DNA of 61,526 bases, the filler included, from Coriobacteriales bacterium (GTDB lineage Bacteria; Actinomycetota; Coriobacteriia; Coriobacteriales; UBA8131): assembly GCA_031263105.1 (NCBI GenBank). It is 4 parts of 4 records of this genome, joined end to end, with 100 filler letters (N's around TTAATTAATTAA, not from the genome) between each part and the next. Parts side by side here need not be neighbours in the genome. Positions count along the whole stretch, not along the records: positions 17,262 to 39,323 come from JAISGJ010000113.1; 3 more parts are not named here. One strand, 5' to 3'. Positions 19,428 to 28,236 of this stretch are shown in pieces. Within the stretch, counting starts at the first letter, position 1. Each line of letters starts with the position of its first letter. The translations under genes and the position numbers were made by a program. The notes below the pieces were generated by a model. It was not told the origin of the DNA and made no database searches. It saw only the letters and a program-made list of their open reading frames with translations.

Positions 19428-19824
19428 TGCTGGGCTTAAGCGCCTCGTGCTGGGCCACGCGCGTCCTGACCGCCCCGACTATCTCGTCGCCCGTCATCCC
19501 GAAGTCAAGACCCTCCCGCACCAGCTCGTCGGCGAGGAGCTCTATCTTGTTGTCGAGCGCCAAAAGCCCGTTGGCGCCCACGTCCGCGACGAAGGTGCCC
19601 CTCCCCCGCCGCGTGACGATGAGGCCGTCGCGCTCGAGGTCCTGGTAGACCTTGTTCACCGTGTTGTAGTTGATGTCGAGCTGGACGGCAAGTTCGCGCA
19701 CGGTGGGCAACTGGTCGCCCGGCCCGTACTGCCCGGAGACGATGGTGTAGACCAGCCGCCTGCGCACCTGGATCCAGACAGGTATCCCGCTCTGCTCGTC
19801 TATACGGAACTCTCTCATACGCAT
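19381..19824 (-). CDS. GntR (YtrA-like) transcriptional regulator
   Basis: IPVWIQV, PGDQLPTVRELA..LDINYNTVNKVY..LE.DG...TRRGRGTFV. Confidence 0.93.
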   Translation of the reverse strand: MRMREFRIDEQSGIPVWIQVRRRLVYTIVSGQYGPGDQLPTVRELAVQLDINYNTVNKVYQDLERDGLIVTRRGRGTFVADVGANGLLALDNKIELLADELVREGLDFGMTGDEIVGAVRTRVAQHEALKPSSAGQEAARKSRRRAG

Positions 19825-19887
19825 ACCCCCTGCACGGGCTCTCCGGTGAGGCCCATGGAGAGCCCGCACCTTCGGACTGGTTGAATG

Positions 19888-19901
19888 AGTATCATAATAC
19901 T
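19888..19901. promoter_or_regulatory. Candidate GntR operator palindrome
   Basis: AGTAT-CATA-ATACT in the AT-rich stretch upstream of gntR. Confidence 0.3.
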
Positions 19902-19971
19902 ATATGCCACGCCTCTGGGCAAAGGGAGACGATAATAAATCGGCGTCTCCCTGGGGAACAACCCAGAGTTA

Positions 19972-21066
19972 TCAGTCGTTGACCTCGGCAAAGATGTGGA
20001 TGTAGGAGGAGAGGCGGTCTGCGGGCAGGGTGCCTGCCTCAACGGCGGCGGCAACGGCGCAGCCGGGCTCGCCGGTATGGGTGCAGTCGCGGTAACGGCA
20101 GGCTGCGGCATGGGCGACGATGTCGGGGAAGGCTGCGGCGAGGCCGACGTGGGCGTCGTACAGGCCGAGGCTGCGCAGGCCCGGGGTGTCGATGAGGGCG
20201 GAGGGGGCGGGGGCGGGGATGCCCTGGGCACCGGGGGCGGAGGGGGCGGGGAGCGGGGCGGGGGCAAGCGGGACACCAGGGGCGGAACCGCCGCCCTTCT
20301 CATCCCCATGCGGGAGGAACACCATCCTTCTGCCCACGGTGGTATGGCGGCCCGCGCGGTCCTTCTGGCGCACTGCGGCGGTCGCCAGCAGCGACTCCTC
20401 GAGGAGCGCGTTGACGAGCGTGGACTTGCCCACGCCCGAGCGGCCCAGCAGCACCCCCACCTTGCCACCCGTGAGCAGGGCCCGGATTCGCTCCAAGCCC
20501 TCGCCCGTCACGGCCGACTCGACAATGACGGGGCTGCCTGCGGCTACGGCGCGCGCACGGGCACAGTCCCCTTCGAGATGGCGCGCCAGGTCGGCCTTCG
20601 TCAGTATGAGGGCGACCTGTGCGCCGCTCTCGTGCGCAAGGACGAGCTGTCGCTCCAGATAGGACGTGTCGAGCGGTCGGTTGGAGAGGGCGCTGACCAC
20701 GAGGACAAGGTCGATGTTGGTGGCCAGCACCTGCTCCTCGTACTTGCCTGCGCCCTCGTGACGCGATTCCACGAGCGTGCGGCGCACGAGCGTATGGCGA
20801 CGGGGATGAATCGCGACGATGAGCGGCACGTCCTGACCGGGCGGGAACTCGAGGTCTACCACATCTCCCACCACTGCGCGCACATCAAGGCCCTTCACGA
20901 GGTCGATGCTGTGCTGGGCACGAAGCTCCCCCGCAGCCGTCCCCACCAAGGGGAAGCCCCGGTCGAGCGATATGACGCGCCCGGTCGAGCGGGCCACTGC
21001 CGGACTTCCACCTGCATCGATCTTCTCCGCACCTGCCATCAGCGGGTCCGCTCCCTGAGACGCCAA
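19972..21066 (-). CDS. rsgA: Ribosome small subunit-dependent GTPase RsgA
   Basis: LTKADL, GRSGVGKSTLVN, GRHTT, LIDTPG, CRYRDCTHTGEPGC zinc site. Confidence 0.95.
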   Translation of the reverse strand: MASQGADPLMAGAEKIDAGGSPAVARSTGRVISLDRGFPLVGTAAGELRAQHSIDLVKGLDVRAVVGDVVDLEFPPGQDVPLIVAIHPRRHTLVRRTLVESRHEGAGKYEEQVLATNIDLVLVVSALSNRPLDTSYLERQLVLAHESGAQVALILTKADLARHLEGDCARARAVAAGSPVIVESAVTGEGLERIRALLTGGKVGVLLGRSGVGKSTLVNALLEESLLATAAVRQKDRAGRHTTVGRRMVFLPHGDEKGGGSAPGVPLAPAPLPAPSAPGAQGIPAPAPSALIDTPGLRSLGLYDAHVGLAAAFPDIVAHAAACRYRDCTHTGEPGCAVAAAVEAGTLPADRLSSYIHIFAEVND

Positions 21067-21695
21067 TGGATCACGAGCAGACAGGCGCCGACGACGACGA
21101 GCAGCGCACCTATCTCGAGCTTGCGCGTGTCGAAGGCGTCGTCTGAGCTGCTGCCCTCGTCGATGACGACGACCTCCGTCGCATGCACGTCGGTGAGCCC
21201 ATCGTGCTCCGCACAGTCGACGTGGAACTCCCCGGTGACCTCAAGGTGCGTGCCGACCTGGCCGTAGCGCCCCAGACGCGCGACCTTCTCCGCATCCTCC
21301 TCGCGCACCAGGACGCTGACGGTCGCGCCCCCATCCTGCAAGGCCAGCCAACGAAAGCCCTTCTCTGCAACGAGGATGTCGCCCACGACCTCGCCCTGGA
21401 CAACGACCTCTTGGCCGTCGAGCTGCTGACCGGCGTTCGTCAGGCCGACGATGGTGCTGTTCGGCTCCGCCCATGCGACGGACGGCGGCAGCGCTGCTGG
21501 CAGGACAAGCGCCACGAGAAGGAGCAGGGGGAGCAGGACGGGACGCGGGGCGCACTGTGACAGGGGGACGTACAATCTGTCACAGTGCCTTCCATCCTCC
21601 TGTCGTCTCATTGCTCGCTGCCGACAATGTGACAGATTGTACGTCCCCCTGTCACAGTGCGCCCCCCTGTTGCCCCTGTCACTCATTGTCCTCAT
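21039..21695 (-). CDS. Exported/membrane OB-fold protein
   Basis: ATG overlaps trkH stop; signal-like segment ...AWA; LDGQEVVVQGEVVGD...LEVTGEFH OB-like pattern; C-terminal TM. Confidence 0.7.
   Translation of the reverse strand: MRTMSDRGNRGAHCDRGTYNLSHCRQRAMRRQEDGRHCDRLYVPLSQCAPRPVLLPLLLLVALVLPAALPPSVAWAEPNSTIVGLTNAGQQLDGQEVVVQGEVVGDILVAEKGFRWLALQDGGATVSVLVREEDAEKVARLGRYGQVGTHLEVTGEFHVDCAEHDGLTDVHATEVVVIDEGSSSDDAFDTRKLEIGALLVVVGACLLVIHWRLRERTR
21547..21665. repeat. REP doublet (perfect 38-bp inverted repeats, each arm itself a hairpin)
   Basis: GGGGCGCACTGTGACAGGGGGACGTACAATCTGTCACA (21547-21584) and exact reverse complement (21628-21665). Confidence 0.9.
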
Positions 21696-23218
21696 CGTCT
21701 CGCCCTTCTCCGTGGCTTGAGCGAGGCCGCAAAGCTGAAAAGCACCGCGAGGAAGGTCAGGAACTCGAGGCGGCCCACCCACATCTGGACGAGGTAGACG
21801 AGCTTCATGACCGCAGGCGCCTCGGGCGCGATGATGCCTGCGGAGAGCCCGGCGTTGGAGGTCGCCGCCACGGACTCGAAGGTCGCAGGTATCGCGTCGT
21901 AGCCGACGGCGATGCCGACGAGCGCCCCGACGATATAGGTGACCACGTAAAGGATGGCGATGGTCATGGCCGCACCCGTCAGCTCGCTGGAGAGCATATG
22001 GCGGCCCAGGTGCTGGTAGCTGGTGGTGTTGCGCACCGATTTCGGGGCGAACACGTCCTTGATGCGCGCAAGGACGGCCTTGGCGATGATGCCGATGCGC
22101 AGCGCCTTGATGCCGCCCGCCGTCGACCCCGAGCTGCCGCCGATGGCCATTGCGACGACGATCATGAAGAAGGCGCCGCTTGAGAGCAGCGTGGTCATCT
22201 GGTTGGTGGAGAGCACCTGGTAGCCGGTGTTCGTGGTCGCCGACACTATCGTGAACACGCCGCGTCGCATAAGCCCCGAGAAGTCGGTGAGGAACTGGCC
22301 GGCAAGCACTGCGGCAACGAACACGACCAGGGCGCACACGGTCCACAGCGCCAGCGTCCGTATCTCGATGTCCCGTATGAACTCCCGCACGGTGGAGCGG
22401 AAGCCGCCCTTCCACAGGCGGGCATAGAGCGCAAAGTTGACGGCTCCCATGAGCATGAGCACCATCGCGATGACCTCGAGCGGCCATGAATGGTAGTAGC
22501 TGAGCGAGAGGCTCTGGGACGCGAAGCCGCCCGTGTCGTAGGCGCCGATGGTCAGCCACAGGCCGTGGAAGACGCTGCGCACGGGATCTATCCCCAGACA
22601 CAGCGAGACAAGGAACAGCAGCAAGGTGCCGCAGAAGACGACGATGGAGGAGAACTGCCAGATGAACTGCGCGGTCTTCTTGATGTTGGGCAGCACGTAC
22701 TCGCCCCGCCCCTCGGCGCTGTAGAACGACGAGCCGACCTGGGTGAACAGCCCCAAGGACAAGGCTATGACGATGACGCCCTGGCCTCCGAGGAACTGGA
22801 GGGTGAAGCGCCACATGTTGTCCGCAGTGGAAAGATGGTCGATGTCCTGGCAGAGGGAGAAGCCTGTGGAGGTGAAGCCCGAGACCCCCTCGAAGAGCGC
22901 GTCGAGGAAGGAGCCGTAATGCCCTGAGAGCCAGAGCGGTATGGCGGCGACAAAGGCGCCGACGACCCAGACGAGCGTGGTTATGGCGATGGCCTGGCGA
23001 CGCTCGAGCGTCACAGGGGAGATGCGGCACATGCGCAGCAGCCCCCCGATGGTGGCGGCGCAGCCTACGCCGACAAGGTAGTTGCCGGTAACGGCCCACT
23101 CCCCCATCAGCAGGCTCACCGCCAGTGGGACGAGCATGATGCCTCCCAGGAGCAGCACGATCGCCCCCAGATAATGCGCGATTATCCCCAGGTCCTCCCG
23201 TTTGAAGCGCGGCCACAT
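21692..23218 (-). CDS. trkH: TrkH family potassium uptake membrane protein
   Basis: DALFEGVSGFTSTG, QFLGGQG, TGGF, GGSSGSTAGGIK, SNAGLS, MWVGRLE. Confidence 0.94.
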   Translation of the reverse strand: MWPRFKREDLGIIAHYLGAIVLLLGGIMLVPLAVSLLMGEWAVTGNYLVGVGCAATIGGLLRMCRISPVTLERRQAIAITTLVWVVGAFVAAIPLWLSGHYGSFLDALFEGVSGFTSTGFSLCQDIDHLSTADNMWRFTLQFLGGQGVIVIALSLGLFTQVGSSFYSAEGRGEYVLPNIKKTAQFIWQFSSIVVFCGTLLLFLVSLCLGIDPVRSVFHGLWLTIGAYDTGGFASQSLSLSYYHSWPLEVIAMVLMLMGAVNFALYARLWKGGFRSTVREFIRDIEIRTLALWTVCALVVFVAAVLAGQFLTDFSGLMRRGVFTIVSATTNTGYQVLSTNQMTTLLSSGAFFMIVVAMAIGGSSGSTAGGIKALRIGIIAKAVLARIKDVFAPKSVRNTTSYQHLGRHMLSSELTGAAMTIAILYVVTYIVGALVGIAVGYDAIPATFESVAATSNAGLSAGIIAPEAPAVMKLVYLVQMWVGRLEFLTFLAVLFSFAASLKPRRRARR

Positions 23219-23234
23219 GGTCGGTGTTCCCAGC

Positions 23235-23444
23235 CTAGCCGAAGAGCAAACGCTCGACGAAGACGATGCCGACGAGGGCGGCGATGAATGCCAGAAGGGT
23301 CGCAATGACCGCAGCGATTCCTCTCAGCGAGACGATGATGTCCTGCTTGCGCCTACGCGGCACCTCGGCTCCTTGTCCTTTGTCGGCCGCGTCCAGCAGC
23401 GGCCCTGTCGTCCGTCCCGCCCCCTCAGCCTGCAAGCACGCCAA
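23235..23444 (-). CDS. Small hypothetical membrane protein
   Basis: Fills the punA-trkH gap on the operon strand; hydrophobic C-terminal helix. Confidence 0.35.
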   Translation of the reverse strand: MACLQAEGAGRTTGPLLDAADKGQGAEVPRRRKQDIIVSLRGIAAVIATLLAFIAALVGIVFVERLLFG

Positions 23445-24237
23445 GCACGAGGGCCTTCATGTTCTCGATGGCGACCTTCGAGGCCTCGAGCACCTCCTCG
23501 CCGCTGATGGGCTGGTCGAGGACCCCGGCGGCCATGTTCGTGATGAACGACAGGCCCAGCACGTCCATGCCGAGCGAGGCGGCCGCTATGACCTCGAAGA
23601 CGGTCGACATGCCCACGGCGTCGGCGCCCCAGACACGGAATGCGCGTATCTCCGCCGGCGTCTCGAAGCTCGGCCCGCGCACCCCTATGTAGACGCCCTG
23701 CCTGAGCGTGAGGCCGCAGGCATGGGCGGCGGCAAGCGCCTGCTCGCGCAGGGCGGCGGTATAGGCGTAGGTCATGTCCGTGAAGTCGCGGAGCCCCTGA
23801 TCCTCTCCCAAGGTAAGGGGATGGGAGCCCATGAGGTTGATGTGGTCGGTGATGAGCATGAGGTCGGCGACCTCGAAGTCCGTGTTCACTGCGCCGGCCG
23901 CATTGGTGACGACAAGCGTCTGTGCACCAAGCGCGTTCATGACCCGCAGCGGGAAGACGATGTCCTCCGCGCTGTTGCCCTCGTAGGCGTGCAGGCGCCC
24001 TTGCATGCACACCACCTGCTGACCGGCAAGCTCACCGAAGACGAGCCGCCCCGCATGGCCCGGCGCATCGGACTCCTTGAAATGAGGGATGTCGCCGTAG
24101 TCGAGGGAGAGGTGCGCGTCCACAGCGTCCGCCAGCCCGCCCAGGCCCGAGCCGAGGATGAGCGCGACGCGCGGACACGTCTTCAAACGAGGGGCGACAG
24201 TGGCAACCGCCTGGTCGATACGGTCTTGTAGTGACAT
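23425..24237 (-). CDS. punA: Purine-nucleoside phosphorylase
   Basis: ILGSGLG, GHAGRL, QGRLHAYEG, VTNAAG, GPSFETPAE, DAVGMSTV; GAGGAG RBS. Confidence 0.96.
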   Translation of the reverse strand: MSLQDRIDQAVATVAPRLKTCPRVALILGSGLGGLADAVDAHLSLDYGDIPHFKESDAPGHAGRLVFGELAGQQVVCMQGRLHAYEGNSAEDIVFPLRVMNALGAQTLVVTNAAGAVNTDFEVADLMLITDHINLMGSHPLTLGEDQGLRDFTDMTYAYTAALREQALAAAHACGLTLRQGVYIGVRGPSFETPAEIRAFRVWGADAVGMSTVFEVIAAASLGMDVLGLSFITNMAAGVLDQPISGEEVLEASKVAIENMKALVLGVLAG

Positions 24238-24377
24238 AGGAACTCCTCTTATGCGCATAAGTCTGTTAGTATTATTACTAGGCACTTATTATAGAGTATT
24301 AAACGACGAGTAAACGGCCAATGAACGACTCGTCCCCCTGCCGTCCTGTCGGGGGGAGGAGAACGGAAAGGACTCGT

Positions 24378-24806
24378 ATGTGGTCCATTTGCAATCCCAA
24401 ATCAGACGGGGACCTCAGACCCTGCGCGGAACTCGGCAAGACCTTGAGCCGCCTTTCACAACCCACCATACTCACGGTGCTCGCCGCATCCGATGAGCCC
24501 TTGCACGGCTACATGATAGTCCAGCGGGCGGCACAGTCCCCCATGTTCGGCGGCAACAAGCCCGATGCCACCGGCGTCTACCGGACGCTCAGGCAGATGG
24601 AGGAGAACGGGCTGGTCACCTCTCAATGGGAGACGCCCAAGGCGGGGCCTGCCAAACGCAGCTTCACCCTCACCGACGAGGGCCACGAGGCGCTGCGCCG
24701 CTGGATAGACTCGCTCGCCTGCTACACCACCACCATCAACGAGCTGCGCGAGATGGCGTCCTGCGCCCTCGGAATCGACACGCCCCCCACTCCTGTCTGC
24801 AAATAG
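24378..24806 (+). CDS. PadR family transcriptional regulator
   Basis: LHGY, VYRTLRQMEENGLVTSQW, GPAKRSFTLTDEG. Confidence 0.92.
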   Translation: MWSICNPKSDGDLRPCAELGKTLSRLSQPTILTVLAASDEPLHGYMIVQRAAQSPMFGGNKPDATGVYRTLRQMEENGLVTSQWETPKAGPAKRSFTLTDEGHEALRRWIDSLACYTTTINELREMASCALGIDTPPTPVCK

Positions 24807-24835
24807 CGGGGCAGGGTGGGACAGATATTTCTTCT

Positions 24836-25681
24836 TTAGTCGGACAGATTGAACGTTGTATATGAGTAATTCTGCTTTTTGGGAATATAGTCAACAGGGC
24901 TGAGTTTTTGCAAATTCTTGTCCCACTGCATGATTTTTCCATCCCAAGGCTCGCCATCCCAAGCGCGCTCCCCTATTCCAAACACAAGAATGGGGCAGGT
25001 TCCAAGATCGCCACGGACTATACGGTGAACAGCCTTTTCATAATTCGCAGTAGTAGTCGTACTTAAGTCCACCGGTTGCTTGTCCTGAGCGTGCTCAGGA
25101 TGCTCGGTAAGGTAGTGTTGCCAAATTGAACGCGTCAGTTCTTTCGTCGACTCATGAAGCCTTGTTATAAGAATTGCTGCAACGATGATTCCTTCATCAA
25201 ACCACGCACGATAGGCAGAGAAGTCTCTGTCCAAGTTCCCGTCCTTTGGATTCCATTCAACATCTGCTGCCAAACGTCCCTTGACGTTGTCGATTGAGTA
25301 GCCCCGTTGATAGGTGCGAGAAATGAGATTCTCTTCATACTTGGCAGGCTCGTCTTCAGCTGAAATACTTGCGCTGTGGCCAGAAAAGAAATATGTCTTC
25401 TTCTCAATGTCAACTCGCGCTTCGATCCACCCTAATTCATCAAGCATTCCGTCTATAGTGACAGGGATTGGTCCCCGATTGCCGCCCGGCGTAAGCAGCA
25501 GCCTTGAGGTCAAAACAAAGGAGCGCATAACGGAAATGATATCGTCGAACTCATCGCCGCAAACTGCTTGCAGTATCTTTGCAGCAGAACCCGTTTCCAT
25601 CACTTGGTAGCGATCAAGAATATCCTGTGGCAGGACGTCTAGATATGCCTTGGTTTCTTGCATGACTGAATCATAAACCAA
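24836..25681 (-). CDS. Type II restriction endonuclease, BglII/BstYI-like
   Basis: PGGNR, IDNVKGRLAADVEWNPKDGNLDRD, GTCPILVFGI; low GC; divergent from a methyltransferase. Confidence 0.82.
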   Translation of the reverse strand: MVYDSVMQETKAYLDVLPQDILDRYQVMETGSAAKILQAVCGDEFDDIISVMRSFVLTSRLLLTPGGNRGPIPVTIDGMLDELGWIEARVDIEKKTYFFSGHSASISAEDEPAKYEENLISRTYQRGYSIDNVKGRLAADVEWNPKDGNLDRDFSAYRAWFDEGIIVAAILITRLHESTKELTRSIWQHYLTEHPEHAQDKQPVDLSTTTTANYEKAVHRIVRGDLGTCPILVFGIGERAWDGEPWDGKIMQWDKNLQKLSPVDYIPKKQNYSYTTFNLSD

Positions 25682-25707
25682 AAGGTCGTCAAAACGTAAC
25701 TCAATAA

Positions 25708-25739
25708 AGATCTTAAAAAAGATCTATTAATGTTATACT
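25708..25739 (+). promoter_or_regulatory. Methyltransferase promoter (extended -10 TGTTATACT) preceded by two AGATCT sites
   Basis: AGATCT at 25708-25713 and 25720-25725; TATACT at 25734-25739. Confidence 0.5.
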
Positions 25740-25773
25740 GCTCTTTAGTGCCTACTCAAAGAACGGAGCAGTA

Positions 25774-26610
25774 TTGGACATTGAACCGCTACCACAGATC
25801 GCCGGTGGTTATTCCACCATTTTAGCTGACCCTCCTTGGAGATTTAACAATAGAACGGGAAAGGTAGCCCCCGAGCACAAAAGACTGGGTCGCTACGCAA
25901 CCATGTCATTGGAGGAAATCATGGCGCTGCCTGTAGCTGAGATCAGTGCCAGTAATTCCCACCTGTATCTGTGGGTGCCCAATGCGCTTCTTCCAGAAGG
26001 CTTCGAGGTGATGCAGTCCTGGGGATACCGCTATGTCTCGAATATAGTTTGGGCAAAGCGCAGAAAAGACGGTGGCCCTGACGGGCGCGGCGTTGGATTC
26101 TACTTTCGCAATGTTACGGAATTGCTCTTGTTCGGCGTAAGGGGACACATGAGAACCCTTGCTCCGGCAAGAAGCCAAGTGAATATGATTGAAACCCGCA
26201 AGCGCGAGCATAGCCGCAAGCCAGATGAGCAGTATCAGCTTATTGAGTCGTGTTCTCCCGGACCCTTCCTTGAGCTTTTCGCAAGATATCCGCAGCCTCG
26301 CTGGGACAGTTGGGGGGCCGAGGCGAACGAGAACGTAACACCACGAGGAAAGCAGTTCAAGGGATATGGCGGAGGGGGGATCGGCATACCCCAACTTGAG
26401 CCGAATGAAAGAATTCCTGATGAAAATGCCCTCGCAATTGGTCTTGCGCTGAAAACCGAGTATGACAGAGGTGCCTCTATCAGCGATATTGCGAGTGCAT
26501 ATGGCTATTCTATTCAACGCATACGCTCTTTGCTATTGAAGGCAGGAACGGAATTCCGAAGACGCGGCCCCATGCAACAGGATCCAGAAATCCAGCTCCT
26601 CGTATCATAG
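25774..26610 (+). CDS. MT-A70 family DNA amino-methyltransferase with C-terminal HTH extension
   Basis: ILADPPW, HLYLWVPN, GVGFYFRNVTE, REHSRKP, LELFAR; tail YDRGASISDIASAYGYSIQRIRSLL. Confidence 0.92.
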   Translation: MDIEPLPQIAGGYSTILADPPWRFNNRTGKVAPEHKRLGRYATMSLEEIMALPVAEISASNSHLYLWVPNALLPEGFEVMQSWGYRYVSNIVWAKRRKDGGPDGRGVGFYFRNVTELLLFGVRGHMRTLAPARSQVNMIETRKREHSRKPDEQYQLIESCSPGPFLELFARYPQPRWDSWGAEANENVTPRGKQFKGYGGGGIGIPQLEPNERIPDENALAIGLALKTEYDRGASISDIASAYGYSIQRIRSLLLKAGTEFRRRGPMQQDPEIQLLVS

Positions 26611-26687
26611 GGTGATACGAGGGCAGGACGACATACGTGACGCCGTCCCAGCCCAACCCGCCCAGTCTCCTGCCCTTCTTCGGAGAG

Positions 26688-27392
26688 TCAGTCGACGCGT
26701 TCCGGGGGGAACTCCATGCCGTAGACGCGTTCCATTACCGCCTGGGTGAAGGCGGCGTGGCGTTCGTTCTTCGGGAGGGCGGCAAAGCGCTCCTCGTCTA
26801 GGGAAAGCGGCTCGCCGAAGCGCAGGGTCACCTTCGGGCAGCGGAAGAGGCGCTTGCCGGGGGGGCAGATGCGCTCCGTGTTCCACAGGCGCACGGGGAT
26901 GACCGGCGCCTTTGCAAGCTGGGCGACAAGGGCGGCGCCCTCGTGGTAGACAGGCACCTGGCCCTCGGAACGGATGCGCGTGCCCTCGGGGAAGATGCCG
27001 ACCGGCTCCCCACGTTTGAGCATGCGCACGGCACGCTTGATGGCGGACATATCCGCCGTGTTGCGCTTGACGGGGAAGGCACCGACCCAGGCGACGATTC
27101 GCGCAAGGGCCGGAAGCGCGCTCGTGAACTCCTCCTTGGCGAGGAAGCGGATGACGCGTGGCTTCAGCACGCTCATCACGAAGACGGGGTCGAGGTAGGA
27201 GCGGTGGTTGCCCACGACGATGAAGCCCGTGCCCTTCGGGAGCGCGTCCAAGACCTCAAGCCCGTAGGCCTTGTAGCGGAACAGCGGCGTGAAGACCAGA
27301 CGCACGAGCGCCAAGAAGCAGATGCGGAACTTCTGGGGGAAGTGCCCCTCGCCCGAGGCTGGGCTGTCGTAGAAGTAATCGAGCGGCTTCAT
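26688..27392 (-). CDS. plsC: 1-acyl-sn-glycerol-3-phosphate acyltransferase
   Basis: NHRSYLDP, FLAKEE, IFPEGTR. Confidence 0.92.
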   Translation of the reverse strand: MKPLDYFYDSPASGEGHFPQKFRICFLALVRLVFTPLFRYKAYGLEVLDALPKGTGFIVVGNHRSYLDPVFVMSVLKPRVIRFLAKEEFTSALPALARIVAWVGAFPVKRNTADMSAIKRAVRMLKRGEPVGIFPEGTRIRSEGQVPVYHEGAALVAQLAKAPVIPVRLWNTERICPPGKRLFRCPKVTLRFGEPLSLDEERFAALPKNERHAAFTQAVMERVYGMEFPPERVD

Positions 27393-28156
27393 GCGGGGGT
27401 GCCCCGCCTGACGCCCGGTGTCGCGGCTGCTGCGTCCGGCGGCGCGTCCGGCGAAGACGCTGCCGCTGCGCCCTCCATCCTTGTCTCCGCCTGCGCAACG
27501 ATGGCGGCAACGACCTCGTCTATCGTCATGCCCGTCGTATCGAGCTCCCAGCTGTCAGGGGCGGCAGCAAGCGGCGCGACCTCCCGCGACGAGTCGTAGG
27601 CATCGCGACGGATGATGTCGGCGAGAATGGCCGCGACCTCCGCCTCGCTTGCTGTGGCGTTCTGCTGGGCGCGGCGGCGGGCGCGTTCGGCAGCGCTCGC
27701 GGTAAGGAAGACCTTGAGCTCGGCGTCCGGGAACACCACGGTGCCGATGTCGCGCCCCTCCATGACGGTGTCATGCTCCCTCCCGAAGACCCGTTGCTGC
27801 TCCGTGAGCGCCTCGCGGACCTGCGGATCGGCGGAGACGGGCGAGACCGCCTTGTCCGTCTCGGGCGTGCGTATCAGCCGGGTGATGTTCTCGCCACCGA
27901 TAAGCACCTGCGAGGGCAGAGGGTCTCCGGGGGTGAAGGCGAAGGTGACAGGCTCGCTGTGCGCGATCTCGCGGATGCGGGCGAGGGACGCGGCAGGCAG
28001 CGGCTCGGAAAGGTCGAGATGCTCGGTGAGCGCACACCAGGCGACCGAACGGTACATCGCGCCGGTATCGAGATAGGCAAAACCAAGTTCGCGGGCGACG
28101 AGCTTCGCAACCGTCGACTTCCCCGAGCCTGCCGGCCCGTCAATGGCAACTATCAT
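27389..28156 (-). CDS. cmk: Cytidylate kinase
   Basis: AIDGPAGSGKST, YLDTGAMYR, MEGRDIGTVVFPDA, RRDAYDSSR. Confidence 0.97.
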   Translation of the reverse strand: MIVAIDGPAGSGKSTVAKLVARELGFAYLDTGAMYRSVAWCALTEHLDLSEPLPAASLARIREIAHSEPVTFAFTPGDPLPSQVLIGGENITRLIRTPETDKAVSPVSADPQVREALTEQQRVFGREHDTVMEGRDIGTVVFPDAELKVFLTASAAERARRRAQQNATASEAEVAAILADIIRRDAYDSSREVAPLAAAPDSWELDTTGMTIDEVVAAIVAQAETRMEGAAAASSPDAPPDAAAATPGVRRGTPA

Positions 28157-28236
28157 ACGCATCCTTTCGCGACCTGCTGGCGACCCTTCCTCCGGCAGCC
28201 CCTCCCGATCTTCTTCCGTCCTTTTTGCCCTCCCTG

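Noticed and set aside
24807..26630. GGGCAGG on both flanks of the first R-M module as a target duplication
   Set aside because: Only 7 GC-rich bases; plausible by chance
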